64,000 nt of DNA from Rotaria socialis (GCA_905331295.1 CAJNYD010000019.1:62001-126000); one strand, 5' to 3'. Counted from the first letter of the stretch, positions 1-14,755 are shown. Program-made: numbers and translations. Notes: generated by a model not told the origin, from the letters alone.

Positions 1-589
<589 letters not shown>

Positions 590-2653
590 GATTATTTCTT
601 ATAAGAACTATTAGATGATGATAAATACGATGGATGTGTATACGTCTCCTCTACTGAGATTGTCCGCAAAAAGAACGAGAACCACAATATCTTCTTGACT
701 ATATACACATATACCGAAATAGTCTTTTCTTTCCTATAATATTCTTCGCTTTTTTCCCTAGAGATAAATGCATCAGTCGATACCAAATCGGGTAATATGC
801 ATCGTTATGACAACGGGCGACTGGAAGAAGAAAAATATATACATAGATGATAACCGCTTCCTGCTTCGTTATCCTATATAGTTGTGCCAGTGGGATATTC
901 CGGATATTTTCAGACGTAGAGTAATAACCTATAGAATTGGAACGATATACATGCATTGATCACATTCTTCATTTTGGGAAAATAATACTACTGTTCGACG
1001 TTACTATCAACATGTAGTAAAGAATACACAGAAGAAAAAGAAAGGAAGCGTTGATGTCTTCAAATAGATGAAACGGCATGTAAGGAAAAGCAATAATATA
1101 TCCAAGAAAAGAAATAATAATGCTGCAGAATACTATCCTATCAGATTCTTTTGTTGACTGAGGTTCACACGGAATTGATTCTAACCAGAATTGTCTATTG
1201 ACAGAGATTTATTTCTATGTTTTGCTATTAAGGAACGGATTGGGTTATAATGTCCAAAGAGTAGCCACCTGTTTCCCTAATTTTTGAAAATATAAAGAAA
1301 AAGTCTTTCATCATTTTTTGTTTTATTTTGAATGTATACTATCAATGCAATCCATTGAAAGGTTGACTTAGAGACCATCAATGGAACAGTGGAAAAACTA
1401 TAATCAACGATCGAATAGTTGGCGATGTGGCAGACATATGTATATACGATATTGGGTGGATATAATAACGAACGAATGTACCCAATTGATCCAGGCCATT
1501 TTCAATTATATTTTGCCTATTTACCAGCATATTATTCTTGGAAAATTGAAGAGAATTTGAGTTCATTGAATTTCTATTGATAGTTGTTGCTATTTTAATG
1601 CTTTTTGTACTAACAATGTGGTATTTACAGATAGTCGGAAAGCAAAGAATTTGAGCGTGAAATTTTATTCATATATATTGATTTTAGAGTCACTTGGATA
1701 CCGTAGAAATTTCATAACACAAATAATATCTTCTACTGCTCATGTTAAATGATTTGGACATGTAATCATTCGTCGCTTCAATATGTTATGCAGCAATGTT
1801 TAGAAATCAATACTTTAGAAAAGAAACATTTTCCCTCAGTAGCACTTTTAGATTGGTCTGATGAACCATCCCTGAATGCCTTGCGCTATGTTGAAAAGCT
1901 ACTCAAATGGTTAGCTATAATCTTCTAAATAAGCTTCATCAGAACGAATCCTTGTAAGTTTTTTTCTAGATTTATGTCCCTGACATATGGGCCAAATATC
2001 ATCGGAGACAACGTGCATCAGCTGGGAATCTTTCTTCGTCTGATTTTTGCAGTTATTGTCTTGCATAAATGAATACAATGTTGTATTCATATTACGAATA
2101 GTAAATTTGAAATGGTATAATTTAATATAATATTTCGTTAAGTATTCTTATAAATCGATAGACTAAACGTGCTGAAAAATCACTAGTAGCTGACATATAA
2201 CTTTAAAATAAAGTTGTTAATTTCACCCTAACAAAACAGCACAACATCGAGCATTATCCGATATAAATAAAGAAAAGAAAATAGGATGTAAATTTAAATA
2301 ATTAAAAATATATCTATGAACCACAAATTCTAGAAAATGCCACGAATTTATTACAGTTCAATAACTTTTCCAACACAGAGCAGCTGAAACTTCTAAATTC
2401 AAGGTTATAATACCATTGAGTTATAGTATTGCACATGATTGGAAGTATTATTATTATTATTAATATTGATTATAAAACAAGTCCATTGGAGAAAAACTTT
2501 TGTTCCTAATTATTTATTTCTTTTTTGTTACTTAGATAGAAAATTAATAGACAAAAACAAAAAATTTCGTTTCTGTATTACTATTTTAATAATGCTTATT
2601 TTTCTTGATCGTATAATTTCGCTAAAAACATGAAAATATAATTCAATCGAGCT

Positions 2654-3851
2654 ATGTTACTTATTCAACAATCTTCAACGTTTCGTATTTGGACGAGTCG
2701 AACATTGATGTTTTATTTCCGTCGTACATTACTTTTTCTTGTTGTTAATTCGCGTCAAAAAATAAACAAAGACAAACATGATATAAAAGATGACGAGTAT
2801 AAAATGCTTGAAAAATCTTTATGTGTTCAAAATCAAAATCAAAATCATTCTAATCTATTGCAAATAAATCAATCAAAATATGATTTATTAAAAGAATATT
2901 CTTTTAAAAGATCATATCAAGGTTTCAATAATTCAATGAAAAGTTATTCATCCAATGAATCAATTGATGAAACGTCGTCAACGATAATTTCAACAAATTT
3001 ATCACCGTATCATCAAATGATCGTTCAAAAAAAATTTAAAATGTCCACACCGCATTCACTGCACTGTTGTCGTTTAGTCACACTAGAAGCCATGGATAAT
3101 ATGAACGTTCATAAAAATAAAAATAAATTAAATGATTCTACTGATCAATATCAAGCAGTTGATTTATTTTCCTCGTACCAATCGATCCCTATGAATAATC
3201 AAAATCAAATTAATAGTTGCCTATCATATCATTCTCCAGTGAATTGTAAAAATTCAACACCATTGTTTTCGGTTAGTCTTATTCAATTGAATGAAGTCAC
3301 AATATTTCTATCTATAGCATTGTGGATCTTGTTCATCATTACTTTCTATAAGTGACTTGTCAGATGATGAAACTTCATCGTCGAATGAAAATTTATCTGT
3401 ACCCATTGAAGAAAAACTCTCCCAAGTATTCGATGATGAAAATGATATTTATGAAAAATATCAAACGTCATTTTCACATATTCTTCATCATACAAAAAGT
3501 CTTCATACAATACGTGAAGAAGACAAACTGCACTCGATGTTAGCACTTGAACCACATACATCAATTATTACTGTTCGCCAATTAACGTGCTCTTGTATGA
3601 ATTCAAACAATACTATCTATCATACAATATTAACAAGTTATATATGCGTTCGATTGATTGCCGAGCGAACAGATTTAGCCATTGAATCTGATAGAAAATC
3701 AATGGAATGTAAACGAAATTTTACTTGTTTCCCTATGAAACAAACAGAAAAACCGTTGATGAATTCTGTCATCAAATCGACAACGATTGATAACGAACAA
3801 CAATCATCAATATTTATTAATAAAAATTTCGAAGCGATTTCTATTATGTAA
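2654..3851 (+). CDS. Uncharacterised Ser/Asn-rich protein, two exons (2654-3271, 3318-3851); true start uncertain
   Basis: ORFs 2654..3355 and 3357..3851 join in frame through a 46-nt GTTAGT...CTATAG intron (3272-3317), giving ...PLFS|HCGSCSSLLSISDLSDDE. No recognisable domain. Confidence 0.55.
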
Positions 3852-4474
3852 GCAACTAATATTTTAGTTATTATAATATATTTTCTTGTAGGATTGATAC
3901 ACCATGTAAAATAATTCATATAAATTGATCAATATTATTTCATCAGCAGTGCCCAAGAACTGATAAATAGGAATTCCTAATCTGCCGACGAATTGTCAGT
4001 GCCACTGTGATAATTCCTAGAGACAATGGGAATCAACCATTGGTTCCCTCACAGTTCCACCATGCACGAAAGTCGCGATATTACTTTTTTTTTAAATAAT
4101 TTGTGCACGAAACTATTGATTCTCACAATTTTGTAGGTCAAGATGAGTGTAAGAACAAAAATTATTGTGAATATTCCATATTTTTACCTTTAGTATGCAA
4201 TGAACTGTAGGAGAGCTGAGGAGCAATTCCTAATTCTCAGTCCTTGGACACCTCACTTTTCTATGATTTTCCGTTCACGAGATCAACGAGTCACAAAATG
4301 ACAACTCGTGATGCGCACGTCTAGAAAGTAAAAGAAAAAAAACACGCGACGGCCGACAAATGCTTCTGCTTCGCATTAAAAACCTTTTTTTCAACCAGTG
4401 ATACGTATTGGCCTCACGTATCCAGGGTGCTAAAGTTATTGAGGTCATTTGAGGGTATACAACATATTTCGTCT

Positions 4475-5343
4475 CGTGTACACGATTTACTGTCCGCGGA
4501 TTTCCTGTTCACGGATTTCCTGTCCATTGATTGGAAAATTTTTATTCCAATTAACGCTATTTTTATACGAGGATTTACTGTCCATTAATTGCTTCGAAGA
4601 AGAGAAATTAATAAATGAGTAATGGACTTGACAGGCAATCCCTTTTCTGAGCAAAAAATTACATAAATGTGGAAAAACAAAAAAGTCACCAATGAATGAA
4701 CTGTTGAATAAATTTTCAATTTAAAATGACGGATGTTCATCAAATTGGGGAGTAAAATAGTCATTAATATGACAAAATATATATATAAATTCAAAGAACA
4801 TAATTTTCTGATCATACTCTTGCTAAAAATGTCTGCTATATTTACTGAATCTACTCACGGTAAACGACAACTATGCTACCTTGATTATCGATATTCCATC
4901 ATTCTTAAAAGCTGCTGGACTTATATATTTTCAGCGTCCACCAAAAAGTTGAACATCAATTCATCTTTTTTGGTTTATTTATTAATCAATTCCTTATTCT
5001 CTTTGTTATTTCCTCATATATTTGCTTGAATTCTTTTTTTTTCTTCTAAACATATGTCGCAGTAGAAATTAAAATTCTACTAGTAGAAATTGAAATTCTA
5101 CTGAATTTTACCTATAGTAGAAACTAAAATTTCAATTTCTACTAGTAGGATTTTAAATTCTACTGAATTTTAATTTCCACTACAACACATACATAGTTGA
5201 TGGCGATAAATATTTTTCTGTTCATGTCTATTCTTCGAGGCAATCAATGGACAGTAAATCCTCAGCAGCAAAAATTATACTTTTTGCAGAAAAAAAACAA
5301 TTTTCTAAGAAAAACAATCAATGGACAGTAAATCCTGTAAACC
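4475..5343 (+). mobile_element. Non-autonomous Mutator/MULE-like deletion derivative with FLYWCH-like transposase remnant
   Basis: Imperfect 21-bp TIRs (cgtgtacacgatttactgtcc / ggacagtaaatcctgtaaacc), repeated subterminal gatttactgtcc motifs, direct repeat atttcgtct at 4466-4474 and 5344-5352 (9-bp TSD), internal MSAIFTESTHGKRQLCYLDYRYS at 4829-4897. Confidence 0.8.
5053..5191. repeat. Small palindromic element built from agtagaaatt/aattctact units, nested in the MULE derivative
   Basis: Ends tatgtcgcagtagaaattaaaattc and gaattttaatttccactacaacacata are imperfect inverted repeats; the interior repeats the same unit in both orientations. Confidence 0.55.
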
Positions 5344-7881
5344 ATTTCGTCTCGTATAATATCTCTAAGAGCTTGAATAATTGATTACAGTTAATCATAA
5401 TTAATCCACCAGTCACTAGACATGCAATACATCATAGAAAATGACTGATGCGAAAAACAAGACAGAACGATTAATCAATTTTTATTTTTAGATATAATAG
5501 TATTTATTGATGAGACAAGACAATACCAAGATTAGCTTGAAAATTTTGATACATTGTTATAAGCTTTAGAATTGAACAAGAAAAACAAGTTATTATCTTG
5601 TTTATACTAGTAAAACGTTTTTATGACGGCATAAAATAATATTAAGTTGAACCAGATTTCCGAGATAAAATCAGGAAGCACAATTTTTGATATTTCGAGT
5701 TTAAAATTTCTATTGCTATTCTAAGTTCAAGTTTTGTAAGTTTCGTTAGAACTTCTACTTTAACTTTCAGTGGCAAATAATACGTTGCCGGTACTCGATT
5801 TTTGAGCATGAAAATGTACAATTTTTTCATATGGTAATTTTCACGTATTCCAATGAATCAAATTCAGACATAAAAAAAATTAAACAAAGTGGAAAGTAAT
5901 GCTTATATTTAGCATTCCATTTTAATGTTCGTTCAGTATAACCGCTGTCACAGTTTTCTTCATAGAGAGTTGCGTGTGAGTCAGCGTTATATGAAATGAG
6001 TATAGTGTAATATTCAAATTGATTTCCTCACGTCAGTATAAACTATAAAACTTCATGATCTTTATTTCTGATGCTGATGACAGCCATTACGGAATAGTAT
6101 GAAAGGAAAACATTTGAGTTAGGTATATATTATAAATAATAATAATAAAAACTAGTAATAAATCTCGAATTTCGATAAATCGGCAAAACTGATTGTTTTG
6201 CAAGCTTTCATCGAGATATCATCGTACAACTAGTCGGACTACTATACGCAATTATATCGCTGATGTTTACGGCATTAGTGTACTCTGCTTATGTCAACAA
6301 ACGAAAATAATGATACCACGCAAGTACTATTGACAGTAACATCAAGAATATTTATTACCATACCACGTTGTCACGTGGAAATACAAGAAAAAAAATATTG
6401 AATTGATCATCAAAAGAATGATAGTTTTGCCGATTATTCAATCATAGCTCTTATGTGAATATAAAATGGAATGAAATTTTAGTTTTCATCGTATCGTTAC
6501 GTGCAGATTTGCAAGCAGCATCATTGATATCGAGATTAATTGAATCACAACACATGTTGCAAAATATGTAAGAAACATGAAATATAAATTTATTTTTATG
6601 TACAATGTAAAAATGTCAACCGTCAATATCATAATCTCAGGACTATTTGATTATGATTAAAATCAACAGAGAATTGTTTTTATTTTATAAATAAACTATA
6701 ATTGTGTTGATATTCTTGTTGATTTTGCGTTCGATCATATTTAGTACATATGCAATATTCATTCATTGAACATGATAACTTTGCCATTTTCTAACTACTG
6801 CTCATAAACAGAAACATTAATAGAACAGTAACAGTGATTACAGAAGACTCAGCGCTTGTGTTTTTCAATCCATACGGTAATATACGTAGTTTAATTTATG
6901 TCATGATAAATCATTCTCCTCTACACAATAACTTTTATCTTCGTATGTTGTTCCTGAAAGACACAGCTAGTACTATTGCTAGTGACTATACAATAAATCA
7001 AGAACTTGCAATAGTTTCTAATGACTGAATGGATCGAGAATTAAAAAATGAAATATTAAGTTAAATATCAGCAAAAATAATTGATAAATGAATAAGGAGA
7101 AAATTTTCTGTGATTATTAGCTTCGATGAATAAATATTATGCAAGCTAGCAGTAGAGTTCCTGTACACATCCTTCAACACTGAATCCTGCATTTGAATCA
7201 TGATATTGCTTTTATACAACTACTTGTGGCCAAAGTAGAAATATATTTTCGAATGAGAAAAACATAAGCGTCATTGTATTTTTAATCATTACAAATAATT
7301 TATCTAGAGATGACTGATAAAATGCTGAGAAGATATTCACTTACACATTTCATTCTTCTTCATTGAATACTCACCTCGTTGGCATTCAATTGATTGATAC
7401 TAAATTTCAACGCGAAAAATTAGATCAACTTTGAAACACTATCAAGATATGAATGTAATTTCATATAGCACTTACTGATATTAGTCTTTCGAGAATAATT
7501 AACATAGCAATCGATCAGAATTCACTCTAGGTTTGGTCCAACTGAGTTATTAGATTTCAGAAGGGAATGTCCTAATGATAACATCAATCTTATCGGATTG
7601 TATAACAAGAATTTTACGAGTAATAAATGTCGAGAAATAAGCACCGATTTAACTACTGGAAAAGTCTATTTATTTTTGTGATATCTTTAAACAGATTTTT
7701 GAAAAATGGTTGAACATGCGGGACTGTGTTCAACGGAGTTGTCCTCTATCAGATAGAAAGACAATCTCATTTGATTGGCTGTATAAAACTCCAATAAGAA
7801 TATGAATGTTCTGTTCTGTTCTTTACATATAAAAATTGAATCGTGTCATTTGTCTAAATTTCTTTGAAAAATTAATTTTTA

Positions 7882-10800
7882 ATGGTAAGTTTTCTAATTT
7901 TCTCGAGTGTTTCATATCATCGAAAAGATAATTTTGATTTTTAGGATTTCTCGAAATTTTTCGATGATGAATTCAATACTGCCGACTGGCTTAATCAAGC
8001 ATTTCGATTACAGAAAGAATCGAATCAAAATGTTGATAATTATACAGGAACATTGATAACAAAATTACAAATGTATATTCAAGAAATGAATAATTCTATA
8101 GAAGAAACAAGTCAACAAGCTATTCAGCAATTTCCTCGGTTAATAGCTGCCATTGTATTTATTTATATTGAAACAATTTAATGTGTTTCTTGTTCGAATT
8201 TTAGAGTTCTTCGTGAAATCGATGTTCTTCGGCATGAAGCAACTCTATTACAAGAACAAATGCATACAGTACGCGGTGACATTCAAAAAGTCAACCAAGA
8301 TACAGCTGATGGAATGAAAAATTTGATCGAATTGGATTTAGTAAAAAATCGTATTCAATCAGCATCAAAAGCATTGCAAGAAGCAGATAATTGGGTTACT
8401 CTATCTGCTCAAATTGAAGATACATTTGATTCCAGAGATACTGTACAAGTACGAAATCAGAATTTAACTTTAAATTAAAGACATGCAAAGATGACCATGA
8501 TTTTGAAGGGCATTATTTAAGTATTAGTGAAAAAAAGACAAAATGTTTTTTCTAGATTGAGAGAAAATTCTCTTAACTTGAGTCAACAAATGTTTGCTTT
8601 GAATAATTATTTCAAATATTCATTTCTATTCTTGAATTATTCAGATCGCAGCAAAACTAATAGCGATGCAACAATCGCTAAAAATTCTTACCGATGTTCC
8701 TGATTATGCTGATCGTGTTCAACGGTTAGAAACATTGAAAAATCGTCTTGAAGCATTGATAAGTCCAACAGTAGTCGATGCTTTTAACAAGCAAGATGTT
8801 GGTAAGTTTATAGATATAACATTGATTATTTATTATGTTTTATAAAATTTGCAATAGAAATCGCTCGATCCTTTGCGCAAGTATTTCAATCGATGGATCG
8901 TGGAGAACAACTAGAAGATCTATATGTAACATCTGTCAAAGTAATTATTTTTATAGATTAACGAATTCATGTTTTTTCATTCGATGATCAGCAAAAAGCA
9001 TAATAATATGTGAAAAAAAATTTAATTTATGTTTAGACACGTTTTGATGGACGTATTAAAGAACTAATTGATGGTACCAATGGTGAACACGAATCCATTT
9101 TTATTGCAATTTACGATTATTTATCAAATGTCTGGCAAGATGAGGTAAAAAAAGAAAAGGCTACAAAGAATTTTTTTTTTATTACTGTTTACATAACTTT
9201 TTTCATTCTGGTTTTTACAGGTCCGTTGGTCAACAAAAATTTTTAATCATCCAAATCGTGTTGCACTTTCCATTGTATTAAATGGTCTTAAAATTTTTCA
9301 TAATAAATATAAGAACCAGTTCAATACAGAACTGCAACAAAAGCAAGCACCATCAAAAAAACGACTCGATATATTAATTGCATGTAAACGAGTAAGTGAT
9401 AGAAAAATTAAAGGAAAAAAAGTCTCAAAAGCGAAAAGTTAAAATCTACGAGTTATTTTAAACGAATTAAGCAGCAATAACAGAGTATATGTGCAAACGT
9501 AAGAGTACTGTCGTTATTGTTATTACTTCGTTGCTTCGTCCTTTGATTCTTCTTTTTGTTTGAAAAAATTTATTGAATTATTGTCTCGATCACCAATAAT
9601 CAATGTTTGATCGCGTTTGATCGCTAAACCACTGGGTCCTTTCATTTCTTTACAACGCCAATAATTAATTGTTTCAGTTTCTTCATTATTTTGAAAAATG
9701 GATCGTCTTTCAACAGAACGTGATTCAGGATCAGAATAGCAAACTGTCAACCAGTTTCCTTCGTCGTCAAGCAATATTCCATGTGGAACATTTAATTTAG
9801 CTTCAACATTTGGACTTTTACGAGAATCATGGTCATATATTTTTTGTATATAACCCATTTTATCGAAAAGATAAACGGCACCACGATAATTCGGTGCATC
9901 TTCACATGTCACAACACATTGATTGTTTCGATTAATAGCAATAAAGCTTGGTTTTACTTTGAATTGTGTTTGTTCCCAACGTGTTAAATACCAACGACGA
10001 TTAACAAAACGAAAGTCCGGTGAAAAAACGCAAATTCGATGATTCCATGTATCACACATATAAATTTCTCTAAACATAAACAAATAAATATCCATATGTA
10101 AACAAAATTTATCTAAACAGATATTAATATACCCGGTTGTTGGATCAACAGTAATACCGCGTGGCAAATTAAAACGATTATTTGCATGACCGCTTTCTGA
10201 AGTACCCAATTGTTGAACAACTTTTTTCTTTTCTAAATCGTACAATAATAATGAATGTGCTTTTGTTACATAAATGTGTTGTCGATGATGTGGTCGTGGT
10301 GTAACACTTTCTGGCGTTGATAAATCACCACGAAATATTTCCAATAAACGACCATCTGTGTTTGAATCAAACATAAGTAGACGATTATGATAATAGTCAC
10401 AAGCTATAATTTCTTCTTCTGCTGTATTTAATATACATACGCCATGTGTATGCGCCATTGACATGTTCGTTGTTTGACCAGATGATGGATTTTCATATTG
10501 AAATTTTTTTATTGTAAGATATGGTTTTGTTTCATAGTTAGTTATTGGTGGTAAATAGGAAAGTAATGGGGATGAATAGGATTTGGAAATTTCATTTTCT
10601 TCTTTATCACTTTCATCTTCTTCAACAGTGTCAACTGATGGTGTCCATCCAGCGGGTACACCGGGTAAACAGCCGGGAATTATTGATGGACGACGTTTAG
10701 TTAAATCGCTTTCCATTGGGTGTATTTATTTATGCCGTAAATAAGTAACAATAGTTAAGTTGCTGTTACTGCATCATTATTATCTTCCTTTTGTGTCAGC

Positions 10801-13800
10801 TTTTGGTCGGTTCGTTTGATAAATGAAGTATCGGATCAAACTGGTGGCACGACTAGAAACAAAGCGAAGCTAAAATCTGTCAACATAATTCATTGTAACA
10901 GAATATCCTTCCTCTTCAAAGTTGACATGTAAAGAAGCGACAAACAAGCAGAATATTACTATTATCATTATTCTGGTAACAACTTACTTAGTTAACACAG
11001 TAAATATATTCAAATAGAAGGATCAAAAATAATAATAAAAAACAGCAAAATTAAATTCATATTTTCTTGTCTTATTGATACTTCTATTTATAAACTACCG
11101 ATATTGTCTGGTGTCTAATTACGTTTGGTTTTTCATTATATTTGTATTAGGTCGTGTTGGCAATATAGAATTATCTCTAACTCTTCAGTCAACCTGTCAA
11201 CACATGAAATATTTGGTATCATGTTGTTTCTAGAAAAATATCAGACCTTACTGATATATGCATATATGTTTGTATATATATATATATATATATTGGGGAA
11301 ATAGTCGATGCAGGTTTTAATGTCAGTGAATAGGCTGTGCGTTGAAAGAAAATTAAAGATAATCAGCAAGAAATCAAGGAGGAAATCAAGTCGAAATGAA
11401 TATTCTATCATGACACTGATCTATATTGCACTAGATGCTACAAGTTCACCTTGGACATTGAAAAAATATTAAAAATAAACTGAAAACAAAACAATTTATT
11501 TATATCTATTATTTTAGGTTACCGATCGATTTGGTAAATCAATTCAAAGTCAAATACAACCATTATATCAAAATGTATCATCTCAAGGGATTCGATCGTC
11601 AAATGGTACATACAATAGAAATTCTACCTAGAATTTTTCTCTAATATAAAATAGATAATCTCTCATATGAGCATAAAGAAAGGCGAAAACAAAAAGATAT
11701 ATAAAATTGTCTTACTGCTAACTAATAATTTACACGAGATATCATGTAAAAAGAAGAAAAAATAACCTTGATACAAATTTTCTATGATGATATCATCAAT
11801 TTTATGTTGACTGATCTTATCTATATTCTCTCATTAAGCTCGTTTAGCCCTATGTAGATTAATTTATGTTTACAAATTTAGAGAGCTTCTCATCATCTAC
11901 AATCGAAGTGTTCGTTTTTGAATTGTACTCAATCTACACGGATGCTTTTCAAAATTATTCTACGTCTGAACAAGAACGACTTACGGACGCGCTTGACGCT
12001 ATTCAACTCGTATGTATTAATTGCTTCGGAAATCGTAGTTGTTTCTCTGTCGATGTAGATTTTTGATTGGAGAGTATATGTGCAGAAATAAGAAAAGATA
12101 TCCAGAGCAAGATTATCCACAAAAAACATACAATTAAAGGAAAATATTTCTTATATTTCTTCATTCTTATAGAAACTGTCAGATGTGAGGGTCACCTTGC
12201 TCTTGCCATGCATAATAGTATTAGTAAAAAATATTTGCGCAGAAAAATATAATTCATCGATACCGAAACAAAAAGAGTCATCTGATTTTCGACTATGTAG
12301 AGAGTAATGAAAAACAATATTATCACATTGAAAATTAATAGAGGAAACTCAAAACGTACCAACAATGTTTAGTCATTTAGTATGAGTATTCACAGGTGGA
12401 AAATTTCAGCTATAAAACAGCCAGTATTATCTATGCATTTGTTGTTTTTCTATGGCCTACAAGGTAGAATAGTGCCGTTAAACAAATAGTGGATTTTGTC
12501 TTCTGACTTTTTTCCTATACAAACAAATATCGTATATTCTCTATTTTTTTCATTCCTAAATTTCATACCATGGGCAAAATATTTCCCTAGTAAACATATA
12601 CGCATAGTTAAAAGAAAAATGTTTTGCATATTATGCGATATTTTCTAGGATACAAATGACACTTCATCTAGTATTCAATTACTCGTATCATCAATATCTA
12701 ATGTATTTTCATTAGCAAATGAAGTAAATAAAGCGAATTAATCAGAAAACAAAAATCTGTAACTGCTTGTCTCTTTTTTCTTAATAAGAGCGTTGACAGA
12801 TGTAAGCAATTAACCAATGGTCAAACAATCATCAGTCTTCTTAATGTCCTTCAAGTACACAAGAAAAATAAATCGCTTATTTTAATCCTATCAACAAAAC
12901 TATTTTTCTAGAAATTTTTTATCAGTTATATTGGCGAATTAAAACGAGTTGTGAATAATATTCGCGAAAGAAATACGAAAATATTAGGCAATGAAGATTG
13001 GGAATTATTTCAACAAACAATTCGTATCTTGGAAATATGTGGTAAGATTTTTAAATATCTATTAGCAAAAAAAGAAACAGATCTCCATGTTGTATTTCTT
13101 ATCATAAAAAAAATAGGCGAACTTATTCTTGCTTATGAACAATTTGAATCATCATTAGCACAGCAGTTGTTACAAATGATTAATGAATGGCCAAATAAAT
13201 CGAATAAGTAAATGTCTATGCATTTGTCTAAGTTTTCTAGGCCCATATTAGTTCTGCTGTTGTATTATGCAAAAAAATTAATTTCTTCTGTAGACACAAA
13301 CAACATCAGGATCTATTTGACTTAGCAATTGAATCATTTATTAACAAAACATCGTCATCGGATAAACATGATATTGTATCAATTACAAATGCTCTTGAAA
13401 GTAAAAACACAACAATGGTTTAGCTCTAGTATAACATTGACATATATGTTTTTTAGATGCTACGTACAGTCTCTTTCCTGATATACCAAAATTATTGAGT
13501 AAATTTAGTGATGAATGTCATCAATTTAGTTTTGATGCTGTCTTTTTACCGATTCATTCACTACTTAATGGCTTTTCGAAATTACCAGTAAATTGTATTA
13601 TTGAATTTATTTCAATAGAAGATTTTTGTTGTTTCTTAAAAGGTTTGGTCAAGTGACAATCGAGGTACAATTGTTGCGGATTTACCTTCATTTAGTCTTG
13701 TTCCACAAGAAAATATTACTAAAGTAATTAGAAAAAAAAATTTGCTTCTTGCTATTCTTTTATAAATTTCATTCATAGATCGGTCAATATCTTTTAATGC

Positions 13801-14755
13801 TTCCGCAACATTTTGAACCATTTAATTTACATGATAATCGACAATTAGGAATTGCATTCAAAAAAGGAAAATTACCGTATCTCGAAGATAAAGGTATGAT
13901 ACTTTTAAATTATTCAATCGATATTAGAGAATAAAATTTTATAAAAGAAGACGACAGCGCATTATAGTTTCAAAATTGTCTTTAGATGATCTTTCCATTA
14001 GAATTCCGATTAAATCTATAATACTACGTCCTTAGATCTAAAGTGGTGGGAAAATTTAAAAAACAAAGAAAATATTTTCCTGTTATGTCAGAGACTTAGG
14101 TCGTAGAAAATATTCAATTTGATTTAGAATAGAGTTTTCTCTGGCGTGATACTATGAAGTAAAAAGTTTCAACGAAGTCTTCTCTACTGAGAAAATTTCT
14201 ACTTGTTTTCCGTTACTATGTCTGCTCTGGCAAAGTTACTGCCCAAAACGATACTGTTATCGATCGGATAAACCTTGTGAAGTTTCAAATATAAAAGCTC
14301 TGATGTAAAGAAATTCAAAGTTTATATTGTCTTGCTCATTGTTTTAAGTTATTTGAATTGTAGCATAATAAGCTAACTTTTTTCTCTTTCGCAGAATTGT
14401 ATAATGATTTAACATCCTGTTGGCTTGATTCAATTGCTTTGGCTACAATGCGTCTTTGTATTGAACAAACATTAAAAATTCAAACATTGAGTTCAACAGG
14501 TCTCAAACAATTAATTATGGATCTTCGTAAGTGAAATTAAATTTTTTCTTTGACTGAATCTATTTTTCCTTACGATTAAAATCTCTATTTTCAGAGTATT
14601 TATATAGTGTATTGGAAGATTTCGGCCTTAAAGATGTAGCCGATTTTCGAGATGTGATTGAATTATTGAATACTGCGGAAGAGACATTTGAAGAACTTGC
14701 TCGACATAAGCCAGCACGCATGGCTACAACAATTCGAACAATGCGACGCTTGTGA
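7882..14755 (+). CDS. COG7: Conserved oligomeric Golgi complex subunit 7 (multi-exon)
   Basis: ATG|GT at 7882, then DFSKFFDDEFNTADWLNQAF...KLQMYIQEMNNSIEETSQQAIQQFPRVLREID...ALQEADNWVTLSAQIEDTF; later VADLPSFSLVPQENITKIGQYLLMLPQHFEP; ends TIRTMRRL* at 14753-14755. Confidence 0.92.
9523..10716 (-). CDS. NHL-repeat (beta-propeller) protein nested antisense in a COG7 intron; probable 63-nt in-frame intron 10132-10070
   Basis: NHL motifs FNLPRGITVDPTTG-EIYMCDTWNHRICVF, LNVPHGILLD, GPSGLAI...IIGDRDNNSI. Removing GTATAT...TTTAG restores PTTG|EIYMCD. Confidence 0.85.
   Translation of the reverse strand: MESDLTKRRPSIIPGCLPGVPAGWTPSVDTVEEDESDKEENEISKSYSSPLLSYLPPITNYETKPYLTIKKFQYENPSSGQTTNMSMAHTHGVCILNTAEEEIIACDYYHNRLLMFDSNTDGRLLEIFRGDLSTPESVTPRPHHRQHIYVTKAHSLLLYDLEKKKVVQQLGTSESGHANNRFNLPRGITVDPTTGYINICLDKFCLHMDIYLFMFREIYMCDTWNHRICVFSPDFRFVNRRWYLTRWEQTQFKVKPSFIAINRNNQCVVTCEDAPNYRGAVYLFDKMGYIQKIYDHDSRKSPNVEAKLNVPHGILLDDEGNWLTVCYSDPESRSVERRSIFQNNEETETINYWRCKEMKGPSGLAIKRDQTLIIGDRDNNSINFFKQKEESKDEATK

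Noticed and set aside
590..1000. CArG boxes upstream of actin
   Set aside because: No exact CC(A/T)6GG match seen; only near-matches such as cctatatagt.
1378..2100. Coding-like fragments with a hydrophobic stretch
   Set aside because: Many stops in all frames and no recognisable family.
11921..11935. 15-nt match aattgtactcaatct shared with the minus strand near 59335
   Set aside because: Isolated short match expected by chance in 64 kb of AT-rich sequence.
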